From: SAR202 cluster bacterium
GTDB taxonomy: Bacteria; Chloroflexota; Dehalococcoidia; Lucifugimonadales; UBA2985
Assembly (NCBI GenBank): GCA_009391535.1
Contig: VFHP01000013.1
Span: 16-64,015, forward strand
Direction of reading: 5' to 3'
Length of the DNA: 64,000 nucleotides
Part shown: one piece after another, positions 10,527 to 20,287 of the stretch
How positions within the stretch are numbered: position 1 is the first letter of the stretch
How the letters are laid out: each line of letters starts with the position of its first letter
Program-made: the position numbers and the translations under genes
Notes under the pieces: model-generated
Told to the model about the DNA's origin: nothing
The model's input: the letters and a program-made list of their open reading frames with translations, nothing else
Database searches by the model: none

Positions 10527-10857
10527 TGATAAAACTCCTTTGAGATCTAGTTAAGTATAACGAGTTACGTGTTTTTAGATACAGCATATAAAAATCAAAA
10601 GTCTCCTTGCTGACTCTTCTCATCTTCGCATCTACATAATCCTCTCTGTGGCTATGCATACCCCAAGGATCGTAGACAACACCGTTGTACACTTTGATGT
10701 AGTGAGACTCAGTAATGCCTGACCGAGTGGTGTTCTTGACAATTTTAGCGTAAGATTTTTCCTTTTCATTATCCACGAGATCCCCCGTGCTATTAAAGGT
10801 TTTTTCTGTTGTGTGGTCATCTAAACCACCCTTTTTAATTTTACTTATGTATCTCAT
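10519..10857 (-). CDS. hypothetical phage protein
   Basis: GGAGGG SD before ATG at 10857. Confidence 0.6.
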   Translation of the reverse strand: MRYISKIKKGGLDDHTTEKTFNSTGDLVDNEKEKSYAKIVKNTTRSGITESHYIKVYNGVVYDPWGMHSHREDYVDAKMRRVSKETFDFYMLYLKTRNSLYLTRSQRSFIND

Positions 10858-10870
10858 TTTCCCTCCGGGG

Positions 10871-11212
10871 TTAACCAAAAACTAAATATAGTAGGAGTAA
10901 TATCTGAAACATAAAAACTCCTAAACATACAAAGAAGCCCTTCCTCTTGTTCTTCCTATAGATCATGATGATTGTCATGACAGACAGGAGTGTTCCAAAT
11001 ATTTTACAGGGTATTACAACAGACCAGTCACCTGTAATTAATGCCATTTTTACTATTACTGGATTCTTTTCTGTTAGCCTTAACGTGAGTTCGTTAGATG
11101 GGTCTATCAGCTTGATCGCCAAGAAAAGGTCGATGGCTGATATAAGACATATAATCAGCAGCATGCACGCGATGCTCAAATTGCGACCATTCTTGGAATC
11201 CATTTTGGGCAC
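10871..11212 (-). CDS. DUF5658-like membrane protein
   Basis: 3 TM segments, D..(x)..E.NP motif (IDLFLA...EKNP). Confidence 0.5.
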   Translation of the reverse strand: MPKMDSKNGRNLSIACMLLIICLISAIDLFLAIKLIDPSNELTLRLTEKNPVIVKMALITGDWSVVIPCKIFGTLLSVMTIIMIYRKNKRKGFFVCLGVFMFQILLLLYLVFG

Positions 11213-11875
11213 CTACTCGTCTAAAGCTTGTAATATCTCACCGATGATCGAGTGTCTCTGGATGTCTTCATAGTCTAGCTCTACTGTACCTACGCCATCT
11301 ATATATTCTATCTTATCCATACAAACATGTAAGCCGCTTCTGTCTCGCAGGTCTGTTTGCTTGAGGTCGCCATTGATTATACACTTAGAATGCTCACCCA
11401 TTCTGGTGAGGAACATTTTTATTTGCTCCAGTGTGCAGTTTTGAGCTTCATCTAGAATCATATATGAATCATGAAACGTGGCACCCCTCATGGTTTCTAG
11501 AGGCTCAAACCTTATTTGACCTTTATTCATATAGTGTCCATATAAAGACTGTCCAAGAAAGAACTTTAGATTCTCTTCCATCGGTAGTAGGTAGGGTTTG
11601 ATCTTTTCATCAACATATCCGGGCATGGCTCCTATTTCTCTGCCAGCACAAACTAGTGGTCTTGTTATCACAATTTGTTCTATCTTGCCGTGATGCAAGT
11701 GTTCAGAAGCTATACCGGCAGCTACAAAAGACTTACCAGTGCCTGCTGGCCCTACACAAAACGTCACATCGTTGTCTATGATTGATCTTATGTATTCCCG
11801 CTGGTTGTACGTCTTAGCTTCTATCGGCTTTAGCTTCTGGGGTTGTTTATTGTTTTTCTTTTGTTTTCTGTGCAT
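11213..11875 (-). CDS. phoH: PhoH family ATPase
   Basis: GPAGTGKS, RGATF, ILDEAQN, GDLKQTD. Confidence 0.92.
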   Translation of the reverse strand: MHRKQKKNNKQPQKLKPIEAKTYNQREYIRSIIDNDVTFCVGPAGTGKSFVAAGIASEHLHHGKIEQIVITRPLVCAGREIGAMPGYVDEKIKPYLLPMEENLKFFLGQSLYGHYMNKGQIRFEPLETMRGATFHDSYMILDEAQNCTLEQIKMFLTRMGEHSKCIINGDLKQTDLRDRSGLHVCMDKIEYIDGVGTVELDYEDIQRHSIIGEILQALDE

Positions 11876-11885
11876 GTTTACCTTT

Positions 11886-12425
11886 TCATCTGCCCGAACT
11901 ACCGAATCCGTCTTCTCCTCTTTCGCTGGAAGAGAGTTCGCTAACTTCGGTTAGTTGGAAATAAGGAACTGGTTGGAATAATATTTGGGCAATCCTGTCA
12001 CCCTTTTTGACATTAACAGCTTCAGGTGAAGAGTTGTAGAGGCATACGCCAACATCTCCCCTGTATCCAGAGTCAACAACCCCTGCAAATACGTCAATAC
12101 CGCTCTTTACAGCCAGTCCAGATCGAGGCCATATCAATCCAACAAAACCTTTAGGTATCTGTAAAGAGATTCCAGTCTTTATTAGAGATCTTGAGACTGG
12201 TGGTATTTCCACATTCTCAAGCGAATACAAGTCCCATCCGGCATCTGATAGATTTGCTTTTGTGGGTGTTGTGGCACCTTCGTCTAGCTTTGTAAACTTC
12301 AGAGACCTTATTGAGAGAGGTTCTTCTTGTTTACTAATCTTATTATTTTGTAGTTGATTCCTCCTATGAATGTGGTCATCGCACCCTGAGTTAGTAGACC
12401 TTCCATCGTAATTAATCGTATTCAT
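11886..12425 (-). CDS. dut: dUTP diphosphatase
   Basis: AGWDL, PRSGLA, GVVDSGYRG, RIAQ, RGEDGFGSSG. Confidence 0.95.
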   Translation of the reverse strand: MNTINYDGRSTNSGCDDHIHRRNQLQNNKISKQEEPLSIRSLKFTKLDEGATTPTKANLSDAGWDLYSLENVEIPPVSRSLIKTGISLQIPKGFVGLIWPRSGLAVKSGIDVFAGVVDSGYRGDVGVCLYNSSPEAVNVKKGDRIAQILFQPVPYFQLTEVSELSSSERGEDGFGSSGR

Positions 12426-12437
12426 ACGTACTTTCCT

Positions 12438-14639
12438 TTACACTAGTTCACATTGACCACCAGAACAAGCCCATTCCTGTTCAGGTTTAACGTTGTTTTC
12501 TTCCTCTATGACTTGAGTATAGTCAACATCTTGATATTCCCTATTTAGGTCAACCCACTCTTTCCAGTTGTATACGTCCTTCATACAGTAGGTTAGCTGT
12601 CTAAGATCTCCCTCAAAATACTTATCGGCAAACTTCTTACATCTAACAGACCACTCTTTCTTTCCGTTACCTTTTATTTTCGCTCCCACTCCTAGAAGTG
12701 AGTCGCAAGCGGCCCATAAGTTGTCCTCCCACAGGTTTAAGGCTACCTCTATAAGACCGCTTACAAATAGAGACGCATCACCATAATGCCTTACCTGCTC
12801 CGTTGGTAGGTAAATTGCCGTGAACGGGGCTTGTGGGTAATCTTTATCTCCCGTGATTGGCAGGAGTGAAATTCCACAGAAAAACTTTCTATTCTTGTAG
12901 ATAAACTTCTCAACCTCGTCCCACTCGTCTGGCTTGATATTTATCGTGTTGGAAACATTGTGTACCAGCCAAGGCTGCGTGCAAAGAGACTTGTTGGTTC
13001 CTGTAATTACCCAGTTTTGCTGGGTACTCTTAACATCAGACAGAAGGTCGATTGCCCCCATCTGGTTTTTTGTCTTTGCTCCCGCAGGAACCTCGACACA
13101 GAAAGCAACTACATCGTCGCTATCATTGTTTGACCAGACAGATTCTTCACATGCCCTCGGATTTATTTCTCTGAAGTAGTTGTAAATTGGTTCCATCTTG
13201 TTGGCCTGTACTCTTCTTATGTAACGCTTAGCGTGGTGAGGGTGTATGCCAGATGAAGTTCCCAGAACACAGCTACTGGTACCTTCAGGTTTAATGCAGG
13301 TGGTTCTAGCTGCTTGATTAATGCCTATAATTTTAGCAATTCTTTTATTCTCTGACTTGACCGCCTTAGCACCCGCCCTCTGTGTTTCTGGGTCTAGACA
13401 TATTTCATGGTTCTCCATTATGCCAGTCATGGAGACCCCTAACAGGGCTTCTCTAGACACGATGCGTTCACTAGCTTCACCTAAATACGCGAAGCTGGCA
13501 AAACCGGCTTGAAGCGTACCTATAATCGAAGCGGCCTTGCACGCATCATAGAAGTCTTCTTCAGTCTTAACCTTGGCGCAGTTAATGGTACTTAGATTGC
13601 ACGCTTGCCAACCACTCTCTCCTGTAGTCTCGTCTACTGGCCACATTCCAATCTCCACGCAGGGATTGACTATTAGCTCTGTGGAGTCAGACCAAACAAA
13701 GCCCGGCTCACCAAATTCTTGTACAGATTTCATAAGCTCCGCAAACTGTTGGGCTGTAGTCTTATCTCGCAGCAATAAGGCTGAATTGTTAGACCTTCCT
13801 CTTTGAGGGTTCTCTACAAACCAAGAGCCAGTCTTAGCCTTTGCCATTTCGTCATCATCTGGGCTAAATAAACAGATAGTAGCACTTCTTCGCACACCGC
13901 CTGAAATAACAGCGTCTGCACTGTGCATCACTATATCATATGCCTGAATAGGACTTAGCTTCCTTGTGTCCTTTGACGCAAACTCCATGTCCTTGAGGGC
14001 TTTGTCTAGTATTTTTCTTATGTTTGATAAAGCGTTCTTTAGTGGTTCTGGGCCGGGAGCCTTGCCTCCGCTTGATCTTAGATATGAACCAGCAGGACGT
14101 ATCTGAGAGTAATCAAAATTTACATTCTTGCCAACATACTCAGGAAATAAGTCGCTTTGATCGAAATAGCTTGCCACTAATATTCCAACAGCATCAGACC
14201 ATCCCTCTATGGTGTCGGGAATGACGTACTTTTTTGTTCCGTTCTTGTTTCTCACGAGAGGGGGTAGCTTGCCTATGTGGTGCTTCTGAACAGAGAAGCC
14301 TGTTCCACAGCCGCAAAGCAGAAGGTACATACATTCTTGAAAGAATCTGAGACGGTCACAGAACGAGGTGATACAATTATATATTCTTGCGTTATGTTTA
14401 AAGATTGGCTTGCCGCCAAACTGCAAGGCTCTCTGTGACCCCAAGACTTTTTTCTTACGCATCATTTCGTATGCCCACTCTATATCCTCATGCACCTCTG
14501 GGATATCGTAGTACTTATTTAACATCATTTCTTTAACTCGGCTAACTGCCTCGTTCCAAGTTTCTCTCCTCTTCTTTTCTGGTATCCATCTAGCGTATTT
14601 AGAAACAAAGCTGTAGCTCATCAAAGATTTTATAGACAT
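12438..14639 (-). CDS. nrdJ: class II (B12-dependent) ribonucleotide reductase
   Basis: GGVRRSA, NPCVEI, CNL, KPEGT, C-terminal CSGGQC; no small-subunit gene nearby. Confidence 0.9.
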   Translation of the reverse strand: MSIKSLMSYSFVSKYARWIPEKKRRETWNEAVSRVKEMMLNKYYDIPEVHEDIEWAYEMMRKKKVLGSQRALQFGGKPIFKHNARIYNCITSFCDRLRFFQECMYLLLCGCGTGFSVQKHHIGKLPPLVRNKNGTKKYVIPDTIEGWSDAVGILVASYFDQSDLFPEYVGKNVNFDYSQIRPAGSYLRSSGGKAPGPEPLKNALSNIRKILDKALKDMEFASKDTRKLSPIQAYDIVMHSADAVISGGVRRSATICLFSPDDDEMAKAKTGSWFVENPQRGRSNNSALLLRDKTTAQQFAELMKSVQEFGEPGFVWSDSTELIVNPCVEIGMWPVDETTGESGWQACNLSTINCAKVKTEEDFYDACKAASIIGTLQAGFASFAYLGEASERIVSREALLGVSMTGIMENHEICLDPETQRAGAKAVKSENKRIAKIIGINQAARTTCIKPEGTSSCVLGTSSGIHPHHAKRYIRRVQANKMEPIYNYFREINPRACEESVWSNNDSDDVVAFCVEVPAGAKTKNQMGAIDLLSDVKSTQQNWVITGTNKSLCTQPWLVHNVSNTINIKPDEWDEVEKFIYKNRKFFCGISLLPITGDKDYPQAPFTAIYLPTEQVRHYGDASLFVSGLIEVALNLWEDNLWAACDSLLGVGAKIKGNGKKEWSVRCKKFADKYFEGDLRQLTYCMKDVYNWKEWVDLNREYQDVDYTQVIEEENNVKPEQEWACSGGQCELV

Positions 14640-14695
14640 GCAAATTCTTTCTTATTATCCATTATTAGTATAATTAATGTAAGTGCTACCAATAC

Positions 14696-14730
14696 AAAAA
14701 GCCACGCCCCAAGCGAGTTGGTGACGTGGC
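14696..14730 (-). terminator. intrinsic terminator
   Basis: GCCACG..CCAA-loop-TTGG..CGTGGC followed by T5 on the minus strand. Confidence 0.7.
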
Positions 14731-14752
14731 ATAAGTGGCAGGCATCTAGATA

Positions 14753-15139
14753 TTATTCTTCTTCATCTTTTTCAAATATGTTATCAAATATTTTTCTTAC
14801 TATCCAGTTTATTACTGCTGAAAGCAGCACTTGTAAAATAAATGGAAAGACCCAGACGGGGAAAAATCCTTTAGCGTCTTGAGGGTCTAGTCCATCCTTG
14901 ATATATTGTTTGCACTCATCCTTGAGTTGCTGTTGCCATTCCTTTGCGTTGGCTCCTGCGGGAACCCTAAAGCGATCAACACTTTCAAAACCCCCGCTTA
15001 CTATTCTAGTCCATTCGTGCCCAAGTTGCAGACACTTTTCGGCAATTTTTCGTTCTTTGTCTTTTTTATATTTAAGAGGGATTTCTGACCTTACTTTATC
15101 TATCCCCCTTACGAAAAGCGAAGCATATTTTCCTGTCAT
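14753..15139 (-). CDS. hypothetical membrane protein
   Basis: C-terminal hydrophobic segment. Confidence 0.55.
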   Translation of the reverse strand: MTGKYASLFVRGIDKVRSEIPLKYKKDKERKIAEKCLQLGHEWTRIVSGGFESVDRFRVPAGANAKEWQQQLKDECKQYIKDGLDPQDAKGFFPVWVFPFILQVLLSAVINWIVRKIFDNIFEKDEEE

Positions 15140-15142
15140 AGG

Positions 15143-15430
15143 CTATAGCTCCTCATAGTCAAAGGGCACGTCTGGAAAACCGTCTAGCTTTACTATGCCT
15201 CTGTTCTGTTTAAGTGTTAGTCCCAGAACGTCAAGAGTTATGGTAAAGATTTTCTTGACTTTTACAACGGGCTTGTTGTCTATGAAGTCTACCTCGATGG
15301 TGTCTCTGTCTGGTGAGGATACTTTAATTACTGCTGGGTATTTACCTTTTATCGTATACTTATCGACTTTTAATCCATCTTCTGAGGCTAGTTTTTGCAG
15401 AACCTCAAACGCTTGAGTGAGATTGTCCAT
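15143..15430 (-). CDS. hypothetical protein
   Basis: ORF in operon. Confidence 0.55.
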   Translation of the reverse strand: MDNLTQAFEVLQKLASEDGLKVDKYTIKGKYPAVIKVSSPDRDTIEVDFIDNKPVVKVKKIFTITLDVLGLTLKQNRGIVKLDGFPDVPFDYEEL

Positions 15431-15451
15431 GGGAGGTCTCCCTTGCTGTGT

Positions 15452-15856
15452 TTAACGTTTTTTACATTGACATTTTCCATAGGCATTTTTACAATTACAG
15501 TATGTAGTTGCTGTATCGCAACTGCACCTATGCTTTTCCTCCTCATCATCGTCGTCGTCATCTTCTTCCGGTTCTTCGTGGTATGGACATTTGGTTTGAT
15601 GCCCATCGCCGTGCCATATATACCCAGTACCTTTACAGGCACATTTTTCTACATCGGGGTGAGGTTTGGGTGTTATAGGTTGAGCCTCGGTCTCGTTTAC
15701 TACGAAGGCTACAAAGGCCTCGTTTCTCTTTTCATCTATATCTATTTTGTTTTCTTTGATATTTGTGATACCGGATGATATTTTACCATATGTGAACATA
15801 AAAATCAAGGCACATGTGGACACAAATAGTAAAAAATACTTTGTTTTCTGCATCAT
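15452..15856 (-). CDS. membrane-anchored Cys-rich protein
   Basis: N-terminal TM, CxCxGxG...CPxH, acidic tract, six C-terminal Cys. Confidence 0.6.
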   Translation of the reverse strand: MMQKTKYFLLFVSTCALIFMFTYGKISSGITNIKENKIDIDEKRNEAFVAFVVNETEAQPITPKPHPDVEKCACKGTGYIWHGDGHQTKCPYHEEPEEDDDDDDEEEKHRCSCDTATTYCNCKNAYGKCQCKKR

Positions 15857-16759
15857 CTATATGATCCTTGTGTTGAGCTTTCTAGGTTTAAATCCCTCAT
15901 ATCCACTAAAAGCCCAGCAATCTCCCTGACTGAGCATACGTTTTTCCACTACATCTGCGTCAATCCAAAAAGAACCTGTTGGCTGTTCTAGTCTTTTAGG
16001 GCCTGCGTTCCAGCTCCCCCAAGAATTCACACACAAAACTCCGGGTCTCTTGTATCCATCATCAATGCCTAACAAACACATTTGGTGCGCCCATTCTCCT
16101 TTGGGCTTGGCGAATCCTTCTGAGTCTCTTTGGGATGAAAAACCTTGGTTGCTTGCAACTGTTATTGCGTAACCGTTTGCTAGCAAATCTCTCGCCTGCT
16201 CATAAGTATCCACTCTAGATACAGTTTGGATAGGGTGTTGCTTTGATATATCTAACAAGGTTTTTGGTACTCCCCCAGACGGTCTACCCCAGCTTTTAGC
16301 TTTAGATCCGCTGTAAGTTGTAAGGTCTACGTTTCCGTACTTGCCTCTGGGAATAGCTCCATATTCATTGCAGTACCTAGCCGCCCATACACCATAAGCT
16401 CCATCTCCCCTTAATGTTCCGCCACCTATGATAACTCTACAGCCACCATATATATCCTCAGTTGCTGTTTCAGCTACCCACTCCTCAAACTCTTTGTTTA
16501 TGTGTATATCCACACACTTAGCAGCATCTACTGCATACGCAGCACCCTGTGATACGCAATCTCCTATTGTTTGGATTCTGTTTGGGAATTTTCCAGCAAC
16601 TCTCTTGATTATATCATATAAGAGTATGGTCTTACCTTTGCCGGAATCTTTAATAACGCCCCAAGAATCTTTGAAAACTGGGTGGGGCAAGGACTTCATC
16701 GCTTCGTCAACACCCTGCTCGTCTCTAACCCAACCCCCTAAGTGAGATAGGTTTTTCAT
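15857..16759 (-). CDS. papain-like cysteine peptidase (C1 family)
   Basis: QTIGDC (oxyanion Q, catalytic C), WAHQM (H), VNSWG (N). Confidence 0.85.
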   Translation of the reverse strand: MKNLSHLGGWVRDEQGVDEAMKSLPHPVFKDSWGVIKDSGKGKTILLYDIIKRVAGKFPNRIQTIGDCVSQGAAYAVDAAKCVDIHINKEFEEWVAETATEDIYGGCRVIIGGGTLRGDGAYGVWAARYCNEYGAIPRGKYGNVDLTTYSGSKAKSWGRPSGGVPKTLLDISKQHPIQTVSRVDTYEQARDLLANGYAITVASNQGFSSQRDSEGFAKPKGEWAHQMCLLGIDDGYKRPGVLCVNSWGSWNAGPKRLEQPTGSFWIDADVVEKRMLSQGDCWAFSGYEGFKPRKLNTRII

Positions 16760-17274
16760 AGCTTTACAGCTCCAGATAGGGACTCGAATATACCTTGAAA
16801 CCAGTCTCGATCCTCTTGGCTGTCAAGTTTTCTGGGTTCATCATATCCAGACGCTACTAGGTAACTAGAAACAGCGTCTGTAAATTCGGGGTACCGCTCA
16901 CGATCCCAACCATAAGAAGTCTGAACCCTAGCTAATATGGGATCAAACTGTGAGGTATTGTCTAGATTCTTTGCGTGCTTTAGATATTCAGCGGCACCTG
17001 ATAGAAGTTTATATATTAGAATTTTGTCGTCTTCGTTTTCTATTTTGTTGAATTCGCTCTCAACAAAAGCTAAAGATTCAGCGACTTTATCCACCTCGAC
17101 TTCGGCCTGTTCTTCACCACTATCTCCCCCCGTGTCAACAACTTGGTCAACAGTGGGGGGTGAAAGCGGTGGATGGGTGAACTCTGATACTTTCAGTGTT
17201 CCCAATACCAAAACCAAAGCCCAAGGGATTAAAGCAGCTAAACTTACCTTTGTATCCGATAGTTTAGCCATCAT
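16756..17274 (-). CDS. N-terminally anchored acidic protein
   Basis: Single TM followed by a Pro linker and helical domain. Confidence 0.6.
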   Translation of the reverse strand: MMAKLSDTKVSLAALIPWALVLVLGTLKVSEFTHPPLSPPTVDQVVDTGGDSGEEQAEVEVDKVAESLAFVESEFNKIENEDDKILIYKLLSGAAEYLKHAKNLDNTSQFDPILARVQTSYGWDRERYPEFTDAVSSYLVASGYDEPRKLDSQEDRDWFQGIFESLSGAVKL

Positions 17275-17295
17275 TAATAGATCCTTTTTAATGGG

Positions 17296-17529
17296 TTATG
17301 CAGGCGTATCCGGCTGGTCTACAACATGGTTGTTCTTAGCCCACTTAACAGCAGCATCTAAGAGAATGCTAACGATTGGAACTACAACCATACTGGAAGC
17401 CCCAAGATCAAGTGAGGATAGGTTTCCTCCGATGTAGGTGAGGCCTGCGGCTAGTCCAACTAGTAAACCGTTGATACCAACACGTCTGAGGTCGCCCAAG
17501 TTTAAACTAAAAGCTTTTGATGGTTCCAT
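17296..17529 (-). CDS. holin-like small membrane protein
   Basis: 77 aa, two TM segments, charged C-terminus, located next to the peptidase. Confidence 0.5.
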   Translation of the reverse strand: MEPSKAFSLNLGDLRRVGINGLLVGLAAGLTYIGGNLSSLDLGASSMVVVPIVSILLDAAVKWAKNNHVVDQPDTPA

Positions 17530-17533
17530 TGAC

Positions 17534-18118
17534 TTAACCTTTCTGAGAAATTTCTGATACACTTATTAAGAAACCGCCTTGTTCGTCCTCGTTGAGTTTG
17601 TAGGGAAACCCTACTATTCTCACATCCATATCATCTGATGTTTTCGTTTCCTTATCTAATCTCCTGTTCATGCTCAGGCAAGAATTCAACTCATGTATGA
17701 ACTCTTCCCTTTCGTCTTCGTGAACATATGTTATCCAGTCTCTACCCTCTAGATTATTTGTAGACTGACCGGTTAATTCATTGAAAGATTCATTTGTCCA
17801 GACTAACCTTCCTGCATTATCTGTCTCGAAGAGCGCTGTGGAATTGTAGTGCAATGCGGCTTTAGACCTTTGCTCTATTATTTTTTGACTTTCTTCTATC
17901 CTACCACAAGTGTCTCCAAGTTTGCAGACAACATCCTTCAGGCTTCCACCACCATTCGTGGTTATCTCTTTCTTGATCGTATCTATAGATTCTGACAAAT
18001 CTTCGTGTTTGTCTATAAATTTCAAAGTTGGTTTAACTACCTTAAAAAATATCCAAGAAAGAAAACCTCCCGCAAAGCTTAAGAGTGTTGTTGTTATTAC
18101 TACGGTATCTGGCTCCAT
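17534..18118 (-). CDS. TM + coiled coil + PAS-domain protein
   Basis: N-terminal TM; TNGGGSLKDVV; PAS signature TDNAGRLVWTN..F..LTG...LEGRDW..YVHEDER. Confidence 0.75.
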   Translation of the reverse strand: MEPDTVVITTTLLSFAGGFLSWIFFKVVKPTLKFIDKHEDLSESIDTIKKEITTNGGGSLKDVVCKLGDTCGRIEESQKIIEQRSKAALHYNSTALFETDNAGRLVWTNESFNELTGQSTNNLEGRDWITYVHEDEREEFIHELNSCLSMNRRLDKETKTSDDMDVRIVGFPYKLNEDEQGGFLISVSEISQKG

Positions 18119-18133
18119 GACCTACCCCTTCTG

Positions 18134-18170
18134 AAAAAAAACGAGAGTCCTCCCGGAGGAGGAACTCTCT
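18134..18170 (-). terminator. intrinsic terminator
   Basis: GAGAGT(T)CCTCC-loop-GGAGGACTCTC followed by GTTTTTTT. Confidence 0.75.
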
Positions 18171-18184
18171 TTATGGTTGGTAGG

Positions 18185-18934
18185 TTAGTTGTCAGTGCCT
18201 TCTCTGATGTCTCTACGTTTGTAATCGGTCTGCTTTGGATTCTTGCCACCGAACATGTAAGTGAGTTCGCCGGGAATACCAAACTGTGCAGCGCCACTAG
18301 GAATAGCAGCATGATCAGTAGATGCAGATTGACTAATAGCGTTAGTGAAGTTAGATGCTGCGGTAGGCTCGCCACTAGCTCCAGAAATAGTTCTACCCGG
18401 AACACGGTCAGTACTTGGTACTGCCAACATATTGTATGTCATTGTTCCGTGGTTGTAGACGCTATCTACATTATGAACGCCATCATAGGTCGTAGTGGAG
18501 CTGTGTTCTCTACCGGTGCTATTTAGAAGGCTGGAGCTGTCATTGTTGACTTTTCCAGCTCCGGTAGTTCCCGCAGCTCGAAGGAGGAAGTTTCTGTCAC
18601 CAGCTCTAGCGTCTGGGAAGTAAGCGAGACCTCCAGTGCCACCGCTTTTTGCTTTTACGATACCGTCAGGATTGTCGGTTTTTTCATCGCCGTTAGCTCG
18701 ATTGGTGGCCGTTTTTGCTACTACGATAGATCCGTAGTCATAGCTCTTAGCGCCATTAATGTCGTTGACATCAATGTTTTTTGTGATCTTAGAAGCGTCT
18801 CCCATACCGCCGACGTTTCCACCCTTGACCATAGAACCGCCGTCATTTGTTACGGGTGCTCCGTCGTCAGATCCGACTCTGCCGCTGTTTCCGGTGATGA
18901 CTCTGAAGTCACCTGATGCTGATTGTGTAGCCAT
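18185..18934 (-). CDS. Gly/Ser/Thr-rich protein, possibly virion structural
   Basis: Monocistronic with its own promoter-like motif and terminator; composition typical of structural proteins. Confidence 0.55.
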   Translation of the reverse strand: MATQSASGDFRVITGNSGRVGSDDGAPVTNDGGSMVKGGNVGGMGDASKITKNIDVNDINGAKSYDYGSIVVAKTATNRANGDEKTDNPDGIVKAKSGGTGGLAYFPDARAGDRNFLLRAAGTTGAGKVNNDSSSLLNSTGREHSSTTTYDGVHNVDSVYNHGTMTYNMLAVPSTDRVPGRTISGASGEPTAASNFTNAISQSASTDHAAIPSGAAQFGIPGELTYMFGGKNPKQTDYKRRDIREGTDN

Positions 18935-19016
18935 AATAGACTCCCTATATAAAAAGTTAGATGTTCAAATTCCGGCTCCACAATTTATTCCTATTTTCCT
19001 AACATTATTATACACC

Positions 19017-19472
19017 TTATTCCATACGTTTTGCCAATTGCTGTACGGATTTTTTCACTTTTCTTCGTATTGTTTCTCTGTTGCAGCCATGCTTCTTGGC
19101 TATTTCCTTGATGGTCATGTTGTCCATTCTGTCTAGAATGAGGTCGCTGTTAGAACATTTGTCTATTTCGTCCATCAATTCTATGGAAAAAAAGTGATCT
19201 GATTCGTCTGGGAGATTGGAATGTAGAGGTTGGTGCTTTCTTTTGTTAAACTTAACCTCTCTTATGCATTCTATCCTAACCCCGCTATAGAGGTAAGTTG
19301 TAAACTTAGAACCCTTCTTTTCATCCCAATTAGTAAATGCTTTCCAAAGAGCATTCAACTTACAGGTGTGGATCTCGTCGTCATTAAGTTGACTTCTGAA
19401 AGATCCAGCCGCCTTGTTCATTATATTTTGTATGTCCTGATTTTGCAAAGCTTCTTCAATTTGTTTATCCAT
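19017..19472 (-). CDS. phage sigma70-family sigma factor (regions 2 and 4 only)
   Basis: AFTNWDEKKGSKFTTYLY (region 2.3-like); MTIKEIAKKHGCNRETIRRK (region 4 HTH). Confidence 0.75.
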   Translation of the reverse strand: MDKQIEEALQNQDIQNIMNKAAGSFRSQLNDDEIHTCKLNALWKAFTNWDEKKGSKFTTYLYSGVRIECIREVKFNKRKHQPLHSNLPDESDHFFSIELMDEIDKCSNSDLILDRMDNMTIKEIAKKHGCNRETIRRKVKKSVQQLAKRME

Positions 19473-19486
19473 GATATCTCCTATGG

Positions 19487-19915
19487 TTATTTAAGTTTAT
19501 TTTCAAGGTTTTTTCTCACGTTTTTAAAATCAAACATCCTTCCAACCCCTATAAAGAATCGGTATCTGCTTACTAACCTAAGAACCTCAATCCCCTCTGT
19601 CTCGTTCAGTTTTTTGAGAATTGAGGGTGTTATATCAAAGTTTGTGTGCCCCACCCAGCAATCAAAATTAGATACTAGTGCTGCGTCTTGAGCAAACTCG
19701 TCTGATATTGGGATTATCGGCAGCATTAAGTCCTCTTCTTTAGAGTTACTGCCTTTTTCTTGATCAAAATACGATTCTTCTTGGTTGTCGTCTGCTTGAC
19801 TATATTGTTGTGCCTCGATGATTTGATTGAGAAAGATTCTCATCATAGGAGATTTGAGCTGGCGTTCCAGAACGTCTTCGTACTTCTGCCAGCCTATTTT
19901 TCGTTTACTTGTCAT
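19487..19915 (-). CDS. hypothetical phage protein
   Basis: ORF. Confidence 0.6.
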   Translation of the reverse strand: MTSKRKIGWQKYEDVLERQLKSPMMRIFLNQIIEAQQYSQADDNQEESYFDQEKGSNSKEEDLMLPIIPISDEFAQDAALVSNFDCWVGHTNFDITPSILKKLNETEGIEVLRLVSRYRFFIGVGRMFDFKNVRKNLENKLK

Positions 19916-19930
19916 TTGATGACTCCCATA

Positions 19931-20287
19931 TTATAACACATCGGAAGGTCGAATGCAAGGTTCTTCTTTCAAAAATTCGTCTTCATTTATTTTACTGGCC
20001 AGCCTTATGGCTAGTTCTAGGAATATGTCCTCCTTCCCGCTGTCTAATAGTCCCTTTTTGGCAATCTCCAAAAGCTCTAAAAAAGAACCCTTGTCGTTAA
20101 GTGTTTCAATGAGTGTGAAGAAGTTGTTTACCGTAGATTCCTCATAATCCCTCATTTCCACATCTACATAAACTTCTCCGTCCTCCTTAACATAATAAAC
20201 AACGCATGCGTCTACTAAATCCTCCTTATGCCAATCGCTTTTCTGCTCTACTGGTTCAGGCTTTTTCTTCTTGAAAAAATTAAACAT
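19931..20287 (-). CDS. hypothetical protein
   Basis: ORF coupled to the GT gene. Confidence 0.55.
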   Translation of the reverse strand: MFNFFKKKKPEPVEQKSDWHKEDLVDACVVYYVKEDGEVYVDVEMRDYEESTVNNFFTLIETLNDKGSFLELLEIAKKGLLDSGKEDIFLELAIRLASKINEDEFLKEEPCIRPSDVL

